DNA of 64,000 nt from Candidatus Poriferisocius sp. (GTDB taxonomy: Bacteria; Actinomycetota; Acidimicrobiia; Acidimicrobiales; Bin134), in NCBI RefSeq assembly GCF_965204015.1, contig NZ_OZ241965.1, forward strand, positions 453,714-517,713, in the 5' to 3' direction. Position numbers and translations under genes: made by a program. The notes under the pieces are model-generated. The model had not been told where the DNA came from. It made no database searches and worked only from the letters and a program-made list of their open reading frames with translations. Shown in pieces: positions 18,180-27,672 of the stretch; the stretch's first letter is position 1, and each line of letters opens with the position of its first letter.

Positions 18180-19286
18180 CTATTCCTCGCTGATGTCCAG
18201 CACTGTGCGGACCACGCCGCCGGTGTCTAGCTCGTCGAGGGCGGCGGTGACGTCGTCGAGGGGGCGATGCTGAGTGATCAGCTCGTCCAACAGGAGTTCG
18301 CCGGAGCGGTAGAGGTCGAAGATCCACGGGAAGTCCCGGGCCGGCGAGGAGTTGCCGTACATACTGCCGGTCAGCGCTTTGCCGAAGTAGATCTCGGTGG
18401 CATCGATGTGGAACGGGGTCCCGGCCGGCGGTCCGCCGACCATCACCGCCAACCCGCCCATGCCGATCGAATGCCAGGCGTTCATGTAGGTGGCTCCGGT
18501 GCCGATCACCTCGAAGGCGTAGTCGGCGCCTCGGCCCCCAGTTATCTCCATCACCGCGGCCACCGGATCGTCGTCGGATGCGTTCACGGTGTGGGTGGCC
18601 CCGAACCGCTCGGCCAACGCCAGCTTGTCGGCCAGCAGATCCACCGCCACAATCTCGGCCGCCCCCATGAGGCGGCAGCCCTGGATTACGTTGAGACCCA
18701 CTCCGCCGCAGCCGTAGACCACACACGTGCTGCCCCGGCGCACCTGGGCGGTATTGACCGCCGAGCCCACTCCGGTGGGCACCCCGCAGCCCACCAGGCA
18801 GGCAACGTCCAGCCCCACGTCGTCGGGCACCGCCACTGCCTTGGAGAAGTGGACCACAGCGTGCTCGGCAAAAGAGCCCACCGTGCAGAACGAGTGGTGG
18901 ATCTCGCCGTCTTTCTCGAAGCGATGGCCACCGTCGTAGTAGGTGCCGATGGGGAAGGCGGGCAGCACCTGACAGCGGTTGGCGAAGCCCATGGCACAAG
19001 ACCGGCAGCGGCCGCAACTGGCCACCAACGACAGCACTACCCGGTCGCCGGGTTTGATCCCGGTGACACCCTCCCCCACATGCTCCACCACCCCGGCTCC
19101 TTCGTGGCCCAGGATCATGGGGGTCTCCCAGTCGCGGTTGCCGTGGTACACGTGAAGGTCGCTGTGGCAAACGCCGCTGTGGGTGATCTTCACCAGCACG
19201 TCTTGGGGGGCCAAGTTGCAGATGTCCAACTCGACGATGTCCAGCGGTGCATTCGGCTCCCGATACACCGCAGCCCGCGTCTTCAT
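18180..19286 (-). CDS. Zn-dependent alcohol dehydrogenase (class III-like)
   Basis: GVCHSD, GHEGAG, CGRCRSC..G...C, GCGVPTG, GCGGVG. Confidence 0.9.
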   Translation of the reverse strand: MKTRAAVYREPNAPLDIVELDICNLAPQDVLVKITHSGVCHSDLHVYHGNRDWETPMILGHEGAGVVEHVGEGVTGIKPGDRVVLSLVASCGRCRSCAMGFANRCQVLPAFPIGTYYDGGHRFEKDGEIHHSFCTVGSFAEHAVVHFSKAVAVPDDVGLDVACLVGCGVPTGVGSAVNTAQVRRGSTCVVYGCGGVGLNVIQGCRLMGAAEIVAVDLLADKLALAERFGATHTVNASDDDPVAAVMEITGGRGADYAFEVIGTGATYMNAWHSIGMGGLAVMVGGPPAGTPFHIDATEIYFGKALTGSMYGNSSPARDFPWIFDLYRSGELLLDELITQHRPLDDVTAALDELDTGGVVRTVLDISEE

Positions 19287-19310
19287 GGCTCTTCCTCCTC
19301 TTGGTGCGTC

Positions 19311-20312
19311 CTATTGGTTGGCGGCCAGCCACTCCCGCAGCTCCCGGACACCCCAGTGCCAGCGGTATTCCCCTATGCCCGGCTCGCCCTCATAGTCCCA
19401 GTCCACAAAGCCGTTGCACGAGAATGCGTTGGTGGACACCTTCTCGATGGTGCGGGCCACCCGGCCTTCAAAGCGGTGGTGGCGGCCTCGTTCGTCGGCG
19501 ATCTCATACACCAGTGCGGTGGTGTGGTAGCCGTCCAGCTCAAATCGTCCGGTCCCCTCGGTGATGCGGACGATATCTCCCCCGTCCAGTAGGTAGCCGT
19601 GGGTGATGACGCAAGACTCGGGCGAGTCATTGCGGGTTTGCACGAGAAAATGAAAATCGTCTCCCCAGTGGCCGTCGTCGAAGTTGCCGCATCCCAAACG
19701 GGCCACTGATTCCCGGCGGGGTCCCCAGGAATGGTCCCGGTTCACCGCACAGTCCACTTCGAACCGCTCGCCGTTCACTACGACCTCCCCTGAAACGTGG
19801 AGAGTCTGATCGATATGGCCGTGGGCCAATTTGGCGTCGGCGCGCTGGATCGACCCGAACCCCTGTCCTGCCCCGGCAACCTTGGTCTCCCCCACCTCTA
19901 CCGGCGGCATCAGCGCGGTGTACTCCAGGTCGAACACCGTGCCGTCGATGCCGTCGTAACGGACTTCCCAGCGTTGGAATGCCTCGGTCTGGCGCACCGA
20001 GATGCCGTTGTCCAGGTGGTAGTCGTCCAAGTTGTGAGGGGGCATCGGCATGGCGAAGCGATCTTCGTGCATGTCGTTGGCCAATGCCCCGGTGGCATCC
20101 AGCCCCCGGTTGGAGTACACGAACACGTTGGCCCCCACGATGCCCAGCGTGGGCCGCCACATAGAGCGCAAGTGCCCGACCATGGCCTCAGCGGGAACGA
20201 AGAAGCAGAACCAGTTGGTTTCCACCCAATTCCAATCACGAAACCGAGGCTCGTGCAAAAACCGGTCCCGCCGGCTCAACCGCGTTCCCGGCGCTTGGCT
20301 GCTCTCTCCCAT
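19311..20312 (-). CDS. Conserved hypothetical protein, probable lipocalin/CrtC-like beta-barrel fold
   Basis: W.ETNWF.F, HIDQ..HV.G.V.V.GE, RDHSWGPR motifs. Confidence 0.55.
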   Translation of the reverse strand: MGESSQAPGTRLSRRDRFLHEPRFRDWNWVETNWFCFFVPAEAMVGHLRSMWRPTLGIVGANVFVYSNRGLDATGALANDMHEDRFAMPMPPHNLDDYHLDNGISVRQTEAFQRWEVRYDGIDGTVFDLEYTALMPPVEVGETKVAGAGQGFGSIQRADAKLAHGHIDQTLHVSGEVVVNGERFEVDCAVNRDHSWGPRRESVARLGCGNFDDGHWGDDFHFLVQTRNDSPESCVITHGYLLDGGDIVRITEGTGRFELDGYHTTALVYEIADERGRHHRFEGRVARTIEKVSTNAFSCNGFVDWDYEGEPGIGEYRWHWGVRELREWLAANQ

Positions 20313-20371
20313 AGCCCTTCGACCGTACTCCGCGAGCGAGCCCCGACGTTGCTGGGTGAGAAATCCGATGG

Positions 20372-21601
20372 TTAGTCGGGGCCCAGATCTAGGCCGGCAA
20401 AGCCGTTGGATCGGATCACCGTGATGGCCCAGAAGACAGCCAGCAGCCCGCCATACAGCAGCAACACGAATCGCATCGACACCAGGTCACCCAGGAAGCC
20501 GCCGATCAGCGAGCCGATCGGCAGCCCGGACAGCACCGACATCAGCCACACCGACATCACCCGGCCTCGATACTGCTCATCGACCTGCACTTGCAGGGCG
20601 CTGTTCACCGTGACCCCGTGGGCCATGTGGGCCGCACCGAACACGAAGTAGCCCAGCAATCCGAATGCCAACCACGGAGTGACCCCCACCACCAGCACTC
20701 CCAAGGCGTACACCCCGACGGCAGCCATCTCGACCCGGGAGCGAAGGTGGCGGTCGCCGAAACGGGTGACGTACAAGCCCACCACCAGCGATCCGAATCC
20801 GAAGGTGGCGGTGAGCCAGCCCAAACCGCCATCGCCGAGAGAGAACACGTCGTCGGCCACGCTGGCCACCAGGGCAAAAGCGAAGACCGCTCCGACGCAG
20901 GCCACAATGAACGAGGTGAACATCACCAAGCGCATGGCGGGACGGCGCCTGACGTATTCCAAACCGTGGCGGAACTGCAACCAGAACGGTTCTTGCTCGA
21001 CCGGTTCCGCGGCCCGCAGCCTCATCGGAGCCATCAAGGCCAGACCCAGGGCGAAGCCGACAATCGTCACCGCGAAGGCCGGTCCCGGGCCCCAATACAG
21101 CAAGGTGATCCCGGCCATTGCCGGGCCCAGCGCCCGCCCGGCGGTGAACGACAGCGACACGAAGCGCACCGCCGACAGAAGATCCTCGGGCGGCACCAAC
21201 AGCGCGGTCATCGCCTGGGTGGGCGCCCACTGGAACCCCGAGGCCACCCCCACCACCACCTGGAGGCCGATCATCAGCCAAGGGGTGAGGAGATCGGCGG
21301 CGAACAGCGCCAAAAACACCGCCGAGCAGGCCAACTGAGTGAAGAACGACCCGAACAAGATGGCCTTGCGGCTGATCCGGTCGCTCCAGATGCCGGCCAC
21401 CGGGGTCATGAACAGCGAGGGGATCAGCACCGCGAACGCCGAGCTGCCCACCCACCAATTCGAGTCGGTCAGCTCGTTCATGTAGAAGGGCACGGCCAGC
21501 GACTGCATGAACTGGCCGGTTGTGGCGATGGATACCCCGATGAAGAACAGCAGGAACGAACGATGGGACAGAGCGCGAAGCGCAGAAGGCGGGGCTGGCA
21601 C
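20372..21601 (-). CDS. MFS transporter
   Basis: ~12 hydrophobic segments, G.WSDRISRK motif A, LQ..V....RGRVMS; start uncertain (GTG 21601 chosen). Confidence 0.85.
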   Translation of the reverse strand: MPAPPSALRALSHRSFLLFFIGVSIATTGQFMQSLAVPFYMNELTDSNWWVGSSAFAVLIPSLFMTPVAGIWSDRISRKAILFGSFFTQLACSAVFLALFAADLLTPWLMIGLQVVVGVASGFQWAPTQAMTALLVPPEDLLSAVRFVSLSFTAGRALGPAMAGITLLYWGPGPAFAVTIVGFALGLALMAPMRLRAAEPVEQEPFWLQFRHGLEYVRRRPAMRLVMFTSFIVACVGAVFAFALVASVADDVFSLGDGGLGWLTATFGFGSLVVGLYVTRFGDRHLRSRVEMAAVGVYALGVLVVGVTPWLAFGLLGYFVFGAAHMAHGVTVNSALQVQVDEQYRGRVMSVWLMSVLSGLPIGSLIGGFLGDLVSMRFVLLLYGGLLAVFWAITVIRSNGFAGLDLGPD

Positions 21602-21669
21602 GATCTGCCGACAGTACTTGCCCCGACGATAAATCTGGTCGTCCGATCCCGGTGTGAGAACATCAGCCA

Positions 21670-22473
21670 GTGCCCCAGGATGAACGACAGCCTGAGCTGG
21701 TTCGCAACCGCCACGGCAGCGGTGCCTTCCGCCGCCGGCTGCGGATGATCGCCCCCGATGACAAGACAGTGGTGGTCGGCCTTGAGGACGACATGCACCA
21801 CTACGAAGCGGCACTCACCCATGACGGCCAGCGCATCACCGAGGCGTCCGCCGCCGGACCCCGGATGCCCTGGGAACCGTGCTCGGGGGCACTCGACCAG
21901 CTCCAGGCCCTGGTGGGCTGCCCGCTGACCACCGCCGCATCGGAGGTGTTCTTCTGGACCGACATCCGTCAGCAATGCACCCACCTCTACGACGCCGCCG
22001 TGCTCGGGGTGCTCCACGCCGCCCGGGGGCGAGTCGGCACTCGCCAGTACGACGCCACCGTGCCCGATTGGGACCAGCCCCCGTTCGACGCCTGGATCGA
22101 GCGCGACGGGATCGAGGTCTACCGCTGGCGGATGGCTGCGACCCTGGAGATCGAGTCACCTGAGCCGTTCGGCGGTCGTCCACTCAAGGGTGGGTTCGTC
22201 CGCTGGTGCGAGCAGGTGCTCGATCCTGAGGCCGCCGAGGCCGCCTGGGTGCTCCAGCGCACCGTGTGGCTGTCGGGTGCCCGCCGGGTAGAGCTGGAGG
22301 ACTGCGACAACGCCATCATCTCCGGGCTAGTCCCAAACGTCTGCTGGACTTCCCAACCCGAGCGCTATGACCTGGCGATCCGGCGCCGGGGCACGTTGCG
22401 CGACCACGGCCCCAGTCCCGACGGAATGCTCGTTGACATGCCCGCGCGCTGGCCGCAACTCCGCGCTACCTGA
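21670..22473 (+). CDS. DUF2889-like protein
   Basis: LEDDMHHY, RMPW.PC.GA...L..L.G, QCTHLYD, terminal C...QP. Confidence 0.6.
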   Translation: MPQDERQPELVRNRHGSGAFRRRLRMIAPDDKTVVVGLEDDMHHYEAALTHDGQRITEASAAGPRMPWEPCSGALDQLQALVGCPLTTAASEVFFWTDIRQQCTHLYDAAVLGVLHAARGRVGTRQYDATVPDWDQPPFDAWIERDGIEVYRWRMAATLEIESPEPFGGRPLKGGFVRWCEQVLDPEAAEAAWVLQRTVWLSGARRVELEDCDNAIISGLVPNVCWTSQPERYDLAIRRRGTLRDHGPSPDGMLVDMPARWPQLRAT

Positions 22474-22486
22474 GAGACTCAGCGAT

Positions 22487-23446
22487 ATGGCAATGAGCAG
22501 AGCAGAAGAAAATCTGTTCGCCGAGCAGTTCCAATCCATCACCGCCAACATCGGCCGGGCCATCCTGGGAAAGCCCAATGTGCTGGATCTGGCTGTGACC
22601 TGTCTGCTAGCCGAGGGGCATCTGCTGATCGAGGACGCCCCCGGCGTCGGCAAGACCAGCCTGGCCAAGGCGCTGGCCATAACCGTGCAGGCCGAATTCG
22701 GCCGCATCCAGTTCACCCCCGATCTGCTCCCCTCCGATGTGGTGGGGGCCACTATCTGGAACCGGACGGCCAATACCCTGGATTTTCAGCCTGGACCGGT
22801 GTTCTCCGGCATTGTGGTGGCCGACGAGATCAATCGAGCCTCCCCGAAGACCCAATCAGCGCTATTGGAGGCTATGGCTGAGCGGCAGGTCACCGTGGAC
22901 GGCACCACCCATGGCCTCCCCCGACCGTTCATGGTGATCGCCACCCAGAACCCGCTGGAGCACGAGGGCACCTACCCGCTGCCCGAAAGCCAGCTCGACC
23001 GATTCTTGATGCGTATCGAGGTGGGCTACCCCTCCAAACAGGCAGAGTTGGACATTCTCGAAGCCCATGGCGCCGACGGCCCGTTGGACACTCTTCGCCC
23101 CGTGGTGGACTCTCAAGCCGTCAGCGCGCTGGCCGACCACGCCAGCGCGATATTCACGGCCCCGGGGATCAAGCGGTATCTGGTGCAGATCGCCAACACC
23201 ACCAGAGACCACCCCAGCCTCATCTTGGGGATGTCCACCCGGGCTACCCTCGCGTTGCAGCGGGCCAGCCGGGTGCGGGCGGCGTCTCAGGGGCGGGATT
23301 ACGTGCTCCCCGACGATGTGAAGCAGCTGGCTGTGCCGGTCTTGGCCCATCGGCTGCTGCTGAACCCCCAAGCTCGGGCCCAGGGCACACCGCCCGCTCA
23401 AATCGTGGACGAAATCATGAGCTCGGTCCCGGCCCCGGTCGACTGA
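22487..23446 (+). CDS. MoxR-family AAA+ ATPase
   Basis: GHLLIEDAPGVGKT, RIQFTPDLLPSD, DEINRASPKTQSALLEAM, ATQNP.E.EGTYPLPE.QLDRF. Confidence 0.93.
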   Translation: MAMSRAEENLFAEQFQSITANIGRAILGKPNVLDLAVTCLLAEGHLLIEDAPGVGKTSLAKALAITVQAEFGRIQFTPDLLPSDVVGATIWNRTANTLDFQPGPVFSGIVVADEINRASPKTQSALLEAMAERQVTVDGTTHGLPRPFMVIATQNPLEHEGTYPLPESQLDRFLMRIEVGYPSKQAELDILEAHGADGPLDTLRPVVDSQAVSALADHASAIFTAPGIKRYLVQIANTTRDHPSLILGMSTRATLALQRASRVRAASQGRDYVLPDDVKQLAVPVLAHRLLLNPQARAQGTPPAQIVDEIMSSVPAPVD

Positions 23447-23523
23447 CTGCCCACGCCCGATGGCAGATCGCCCCCCTACCTCGCCAGGGACGACCTCCCC
23501 GGTCGACTAGCAAGCCCCCGACC

Positions 23524-24792
23524 ATGCTCACTCCAACGGGCTGGCTGCTTTTGGTCTTTTCCGCGCTTCTGGTGGGGGCGGGGCGGGTGTTCGGCACCAG
23601 CGAACTGCTGGCCGTGGGCATCGCCAGCATCTCGGTAGTCATCCTCTCAGTGGCCTATGTCCGAGTCCGCCAGCCCCTGCGGATAACGGCCCGATCGGTC
23701 AAACCCCAGCAAGTGCACGTCGGCGACGACTGCCACGCTCGCATTGAACTGACCAACCCCAGCCGCCTGCGGAGCCCGGTGCTGCGACTCGCCGACAGCC
23801 AGTCTTTCTCCACCGAGACCTCTACCGACCACTTCCTGTCGCTCGACATGCTGGCGGCCCCCATCCCGAGCCGAGACAAGCTGACGGTCTCCTACCGATT
23901 GCCCACAGTGAAGCGCGGGCAGCTCAAGACCGGACCGCTCACCCTGACGCTGACCGATCCGCTGGGCATTTCGACTCGGCACTTCGAGATCGGCGAGCCT
24001 GCTGAGGCCCTGGTCTATCCCGCTGTGGTCCCCATCAGACCGCCTCCCCGCCTGCCCGGCAATACCTTCGATGCAGTGCGGCGCAGCCCCATGGCCCAAA
24101 GCGGCGACGAGCTGTACGGACTGCGCCCATTCCAGCGGGGCGATGACCCGCGGCGCATCCACTGGCGGTCGTCGGCCCACCACGACGAGCTGATCGTCCG
24201 CCAATTCGAGGAGTTCTCCCACACCCACACCACCGTTCTTCTGGACACCAGGGCTGTCCTGCTGGATTTCCATTCGAAGGTAGGAGACGGGGAGCGATTC
24301 GAGGCCATGGTGTCGGCCGCGGCCAGCATCTGTCGGGCCAGCCAGCGCCGGGGAGACCAGGTTCGTCTGGTGACCACGGCGGATTTCGACAGCGGTTATG
24401 GGTCGGACTCTGCCCACTTGCACAAGATCTATCGGCATCTGACCTTGGTCAGCCCCGATTTCGGCAGCCTGTTCGGTGCCGTCGAATGGCTCAGTCGAGG
24501 CCAGGGCGGCGGACTCGTGGTATTGGTGGCGGCTGCGGTGGACGGAACCGAACCGGGGTCGCTGATGTCGTTGGGCTCGCACTTCAGCTCCAAGACGGTG
24601 GTGCTGTTCGCTAGTGCCGAGCCAGCCTCACCGGAGCAGACGCCCCCGGCGTTCATCCCCGACTCGACACTGCTGGTGGTGGACGAACCCTTGGGATTCG
24701 CCAACGTATGGACTGCCCATGCGGCCTCCAGCGAAGATCCCTCGACCTTGCCCAACCCGGCCGAGTCAACCACTCCCCATCCCCGTCCATGA
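23524..24792 (+). CDS. DUF58 domain-containing protein
   Basis: LR.F..GDD.RRIHWRSSA...L.VRQFE; follows MoxR. Confidence 0.88.
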   Translation: MLTPTGWLLLVFSALLVGAGRVFGTSELLAVGIASISVVILSVAYVRVRQPLRITARSVKPQQVHVGDDCHARIELTNPSRLRSPVLRLADSQSFSTETSTDHFLSLDMLAAPIPSRDKLTVSYRLPTVKRGQLKTGPLTLTLTDPLGISTRHFEIGEPAEALVYPAVVPIRPPPRLPGNTFDAVRRSPMAQSGDELYGLRPFQRGDDPRRIHWRSSAHHDELIVRQFEEFSHTHTTVLLDTRAVLLDFHSKVGDGERFEAMVSAAASICRASQRRGDQVRLVTTADFDSGYGSDSAHLHKIYRHLTLVSPDFGSLFGAVEWLSRGQGGGLVVLVAAAVDGTEPGSLMSLGSHFSSKTVVLFASAEPASPEQTPPAFIPDSTLLVVDEPLGFANVWTAHAASSEDPSTLPNPAESTTPHPRP

Positions 24793-27188
24793 CCGCCCCT
24801 GCCAGATCGAACGGCCGATGGCCGACCGGGTGGGAATCCGCCATGGAAATCGCCGGACCGGTTCTGACCGCGGCCACCGCCTTCAGCCTCATCCGAGTCT
24901 TCGAAGGAGACGCCTGGATACTGCCCGTATTCGGGGCCGCCGCGATCAGCCATCTGTTGGCGCTGGCCATTCGTCGCATCGGCTGGGGATTGCTGATCTC
25001 ATCTTTGGCCACCGCGGTCGGGTTGATCCTGACGGTTGCATGGTCCCACTACTGGGCCACCACCTTCTGGGGTTTGCCCGTCGGTGACACTTGGACTGCA
25101 CTAGCCGACGACGTAGAGCAAGCCTGGACCTCCTTCGGCGACCTCAGTCCTCCAGTGGAGCCGGTGGACGGCTTCATCGTGAGCGCCATGGCCGCATTGT
25201 GGCTGCTGGCCTTCCTCAATGACTGGACTGCGATGCGAACGCGGACCTTGTTCGAGCCCATGGTGCTGCCGATTGCCGCCTTCGGCTTCGTGGGGCTGGT
25301 GGGCGACGACCAGAACCGGATTCTGACCATCGGGGTGTTCACTGCGGCCCTGCTGGTGTTCACCTCAGTGCACCGGGTGGCTGCCCGCACCGCGGATGCC
25401 GTTTGGCTGGGGGGTGAGGGCCGGGCGGCAACCGGGCGCCGGGCGCTATTGGCCGGGAGTGCGGCAATAGCCGCAGTGGCGTTGGCCGCAGGGGTCGCCG
25501 CCGGACCGGTGCTGGGCAGCGACGAAGACCCGATCATCGACCTTACCGAGACCATTGAGCGGGGCAGGAGGAGTGCAGGGAGGGTGGTGATCAGCCCTTT
25601 GGTGGACATCAGGGGCCGACTGGTAAGCCAGGCCGAGACGGTGATGTTCCGCGTCAGGGCCGATGAGCGGTCTTACTGGCGCCTCACTTCGCTGGACCAG
25701 TTCGACGGACGGGTGTGGACTTCCCGGGCCGACTACGCGGCTCGGCCCACGCAGTTGCCGTCGCTGTTCCAGTCGGGCTCCAGCGTGGAGGAATCCGTCC
25801 AGGAGTACAGCATCGAACGGCTGGGCGCGGTGTGGTTGCCCGCCGCGTTCGAACCCCGATCCTTGGTGGCGACCACCGGCGCCACCAGCGAAGCCGAAGT
25901 CACCAGCAACGACATCAGCAGCAACGGCAGCATGGGCACTGGCAACACCAGTAGTAGCGACATCAGCTATGAGCCCTCATCTTCCACACTCATCGTGGGC
26001 CCCTCACTGGCCAGCTCCAACGGACTCACCTACACCGTCTCGTCGGCGCTGCCCCGATTCGACCCCGAGGTTCTCAAGGCTATCCCCCTCGATGCGACCA
26101 CCATCACCGAGGTGGCTTCCTATACCGCGCTGCCGTCCGACTTCAGCCCCCGGGTGAAAGCCCTGGCCAACCAGCTGACGACGGGGGCCGGATCAGGCTA
26201 CGAGCAGGCTCTGGCTCTTCAGAACTTTTTCCGCAACGGTGGCTTCGTCTACGACGCCAATGTGGCCCCCGGCCACTCCGGAAACCGGATCGAAGAGTTT
26301 TTGGACACCCGAAGGGGTTATTGCGAGCAATTTGCCGGGACCTTTGCCGCCATGGCCCGGTCGCTGGGACTGCCGGCTCGGGTGGCGGTGGGCTTCACTG
26401 TGGGCGAGGCCGACCCGGCCGATCCCAACCTTTATGTGGTGCGGGGAAGGCACGCCCACGCCTGGCCCGAGGTCTATCTATCCGGTGTTGGCTGGGTCGC
26501 CTTCGAGCCCACACCGGGTCGGGGAGCCCCCGGCGCTCAGAACTACACCGGTTTGGCCGAAAACCAAGCCGTCAGCGGGTCCGATCTGGCGATGCTCGAG
26601 GAGGATTCGGCGACCGACCAGCCCGACGCCGTCGAACCCCCGATCGACTTCGAGAGCCTTATCCCCTCCGAGTTGGAGGATCTTGGCGGTGCGCCACCAC
26701 CGGCCAGTAGCGGCCGCGGCGGGTTGACCTGGAAGACATGGATCTCCATCGCCGCCCCCCTTCTGTTCGTCTTGCTGATATTGCTCATTCCTTGGTTCAA
26801 GCGAATCCGGAATCAGCGGAGATTCCTGGGGGTGCAGGGCAATCGGGGGAAGATACGGCTGCTCTGGGAGGAGACGGTGGAGTCACTGGCCCTCATTAAT
26901 ATGGCCCCTCGGCTCGATGAGACATACGCCGAGTTCGCCCGCCGGGCCATCGAGCAAGTCCCGCTCCACAGTCCTGACTTGCGCCAACTGGGAGAGCTGG
27001 CCGCGGCCGCCACCTTCGCTCCCACCGAGCCCACCGACCGCAACCAGTGGCTAGCCCGGACTTGGTCGCTGTCGGTGCGAGCCGAAGTCAATTTCAGGGT
27101 AAGTCGCCGGCAGAAGCTGAGGGCCGCCTTCAATCCTCGACCGCTCATCGGTTCGCCGCGGCGGGATTGGCGCGGGCAAACCCCCTGA
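24789..27188 (+). CDS. Membrane transglutaminase-like protein (TgpA/DUF3488 + transglutaminase core)
   Basis: N-terminal TM bundle, YWRL..LD.FDG..W, GYCEQFA..A.MAR.LG.PARVAVGF, HAWPEVY..G.GW..FEPTP. Confidence 0.9.
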   Translation: MTAPARSNGRWPTGWESAMEIAGPVLTAATAFSLIRVFEGDAWILPVFGAAAISHLLALAIRRIGWGLLISSLATAVGLILTVAWSHYWATTFWGLPVGDTWTALADDVEQAWTSFGDLSPPVEPVDGFIVSAMAALWLLAFLNDWTAMRTRTLFEPMVLPIAAFGFVGLVGDDQNRILTIGVFTAALLVFTSVHRVAARTADAVWLGGEGRAATGRRALLAGSAAIAAVALAAGVAAGPVLGSDEDPIIDLTETIERGRRSAGRVVISPLVDIRGRLVSQAETVMFRVRADERSYWRLTSLDQFDGRVWTSRADYAARPTQLPSLFQSGSSVEESVQEYSIERLGAVWLPAAFEPRSLVATTGATSEAEVTSNDISSNGSMGTGNTSSSDISYEPSSSTLIVGPSLASSNGLTYTVSSALPRFDPEVLKAIPLDATTITEVASYTALPSDFSPRVKALANQLTTGAGSGYEQALALQNFFRNGGFVYDANVAPGHSGNRIEEFLDTRRGYCEQFAGTFAAMARSLGLPARVAVGFTVGEADPADPNLYVVRGRHAHAWPEVYLSGVGWVAFEPTPGRGAPGAQNYTGLAENQAVSGSDLAMLEEDSATDQPDAVEPPIDFESLIPSELEDLGGAPPPASSGRGGLTWKTWISIAAPLLFVLLILLIPWFKRIRNQRRFLGVQGNRGKIRLLWEETVESLALINMAPRLDETYAEFARRAIEQVPLHSPDLRQLGELAAAATFAPTEPTDRNQWLARTWSLSVRAEVNFRVSRRQKLRAAFNPRPLIGSPRRDWRGQTP

Positions 27189-27217
27189 TCTAGTAGTTCC
27201 TGTGCGTAGAGCTCGGG

Positions 27218-27613
27218 TTAGTCGCGCCCAGTTTGCTCGGCACCGCCGCGGCGCAAGCGGTTGACGATGCGACGGCCCGGCGACCGCAGATAGCTGCTCA
27301 CTTCGCCCCGGCTGATGCTGTCGCTGATCTGCTGAAGCCCGAACCGTCCGAGCTGCCGCAGGTTGCTCCAGCCCCAAAGCGATGCGGCCAGCATGACCAG
27401 GAACCCCAGGAACGACAGCCAAAACGATGTGGAGAGCGTCAGAATCATGTACACCAGCCCGGCGATGAAGGCCAGGATGGCCAGCCGCAGATTGCGGGCC
27501 GGGTGGGTGAAGACCGTGGTCCGGCCGACCTCACGGGCCAGTGCCGGGTCGGTTTCATAAAGCTGTTCCTCTATTTCGCTGAGGATGCGTTGCTCGTCCT
27601 CGGAAAGTGGCAC
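27218..27613 (-). CDS. DUF3040 domain membrane protein
   Basis: MPLSEDEQRILSEIEEQL...DP.LA followed by two TM helices. Confidence 0.85.
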   Translation of the reverse strand: MPLSEDEQRILSEIEEQLYETDPALAREVGRTTVFTHPARNLRLAILAFIAGLVYMILTLSTSFWLSFLGFLVMLAASLWGWSNLRQLGRFGLQQISDSISRGEVSSYLRSPGRRIVNRLRRGGAEQTGRD

Positions 27614-27672
27614 CCGTTTAGTGTCTCACAGGCCGGCTCTCCAGACAATGCCAGTTGTCTCCCCCAATCTTC

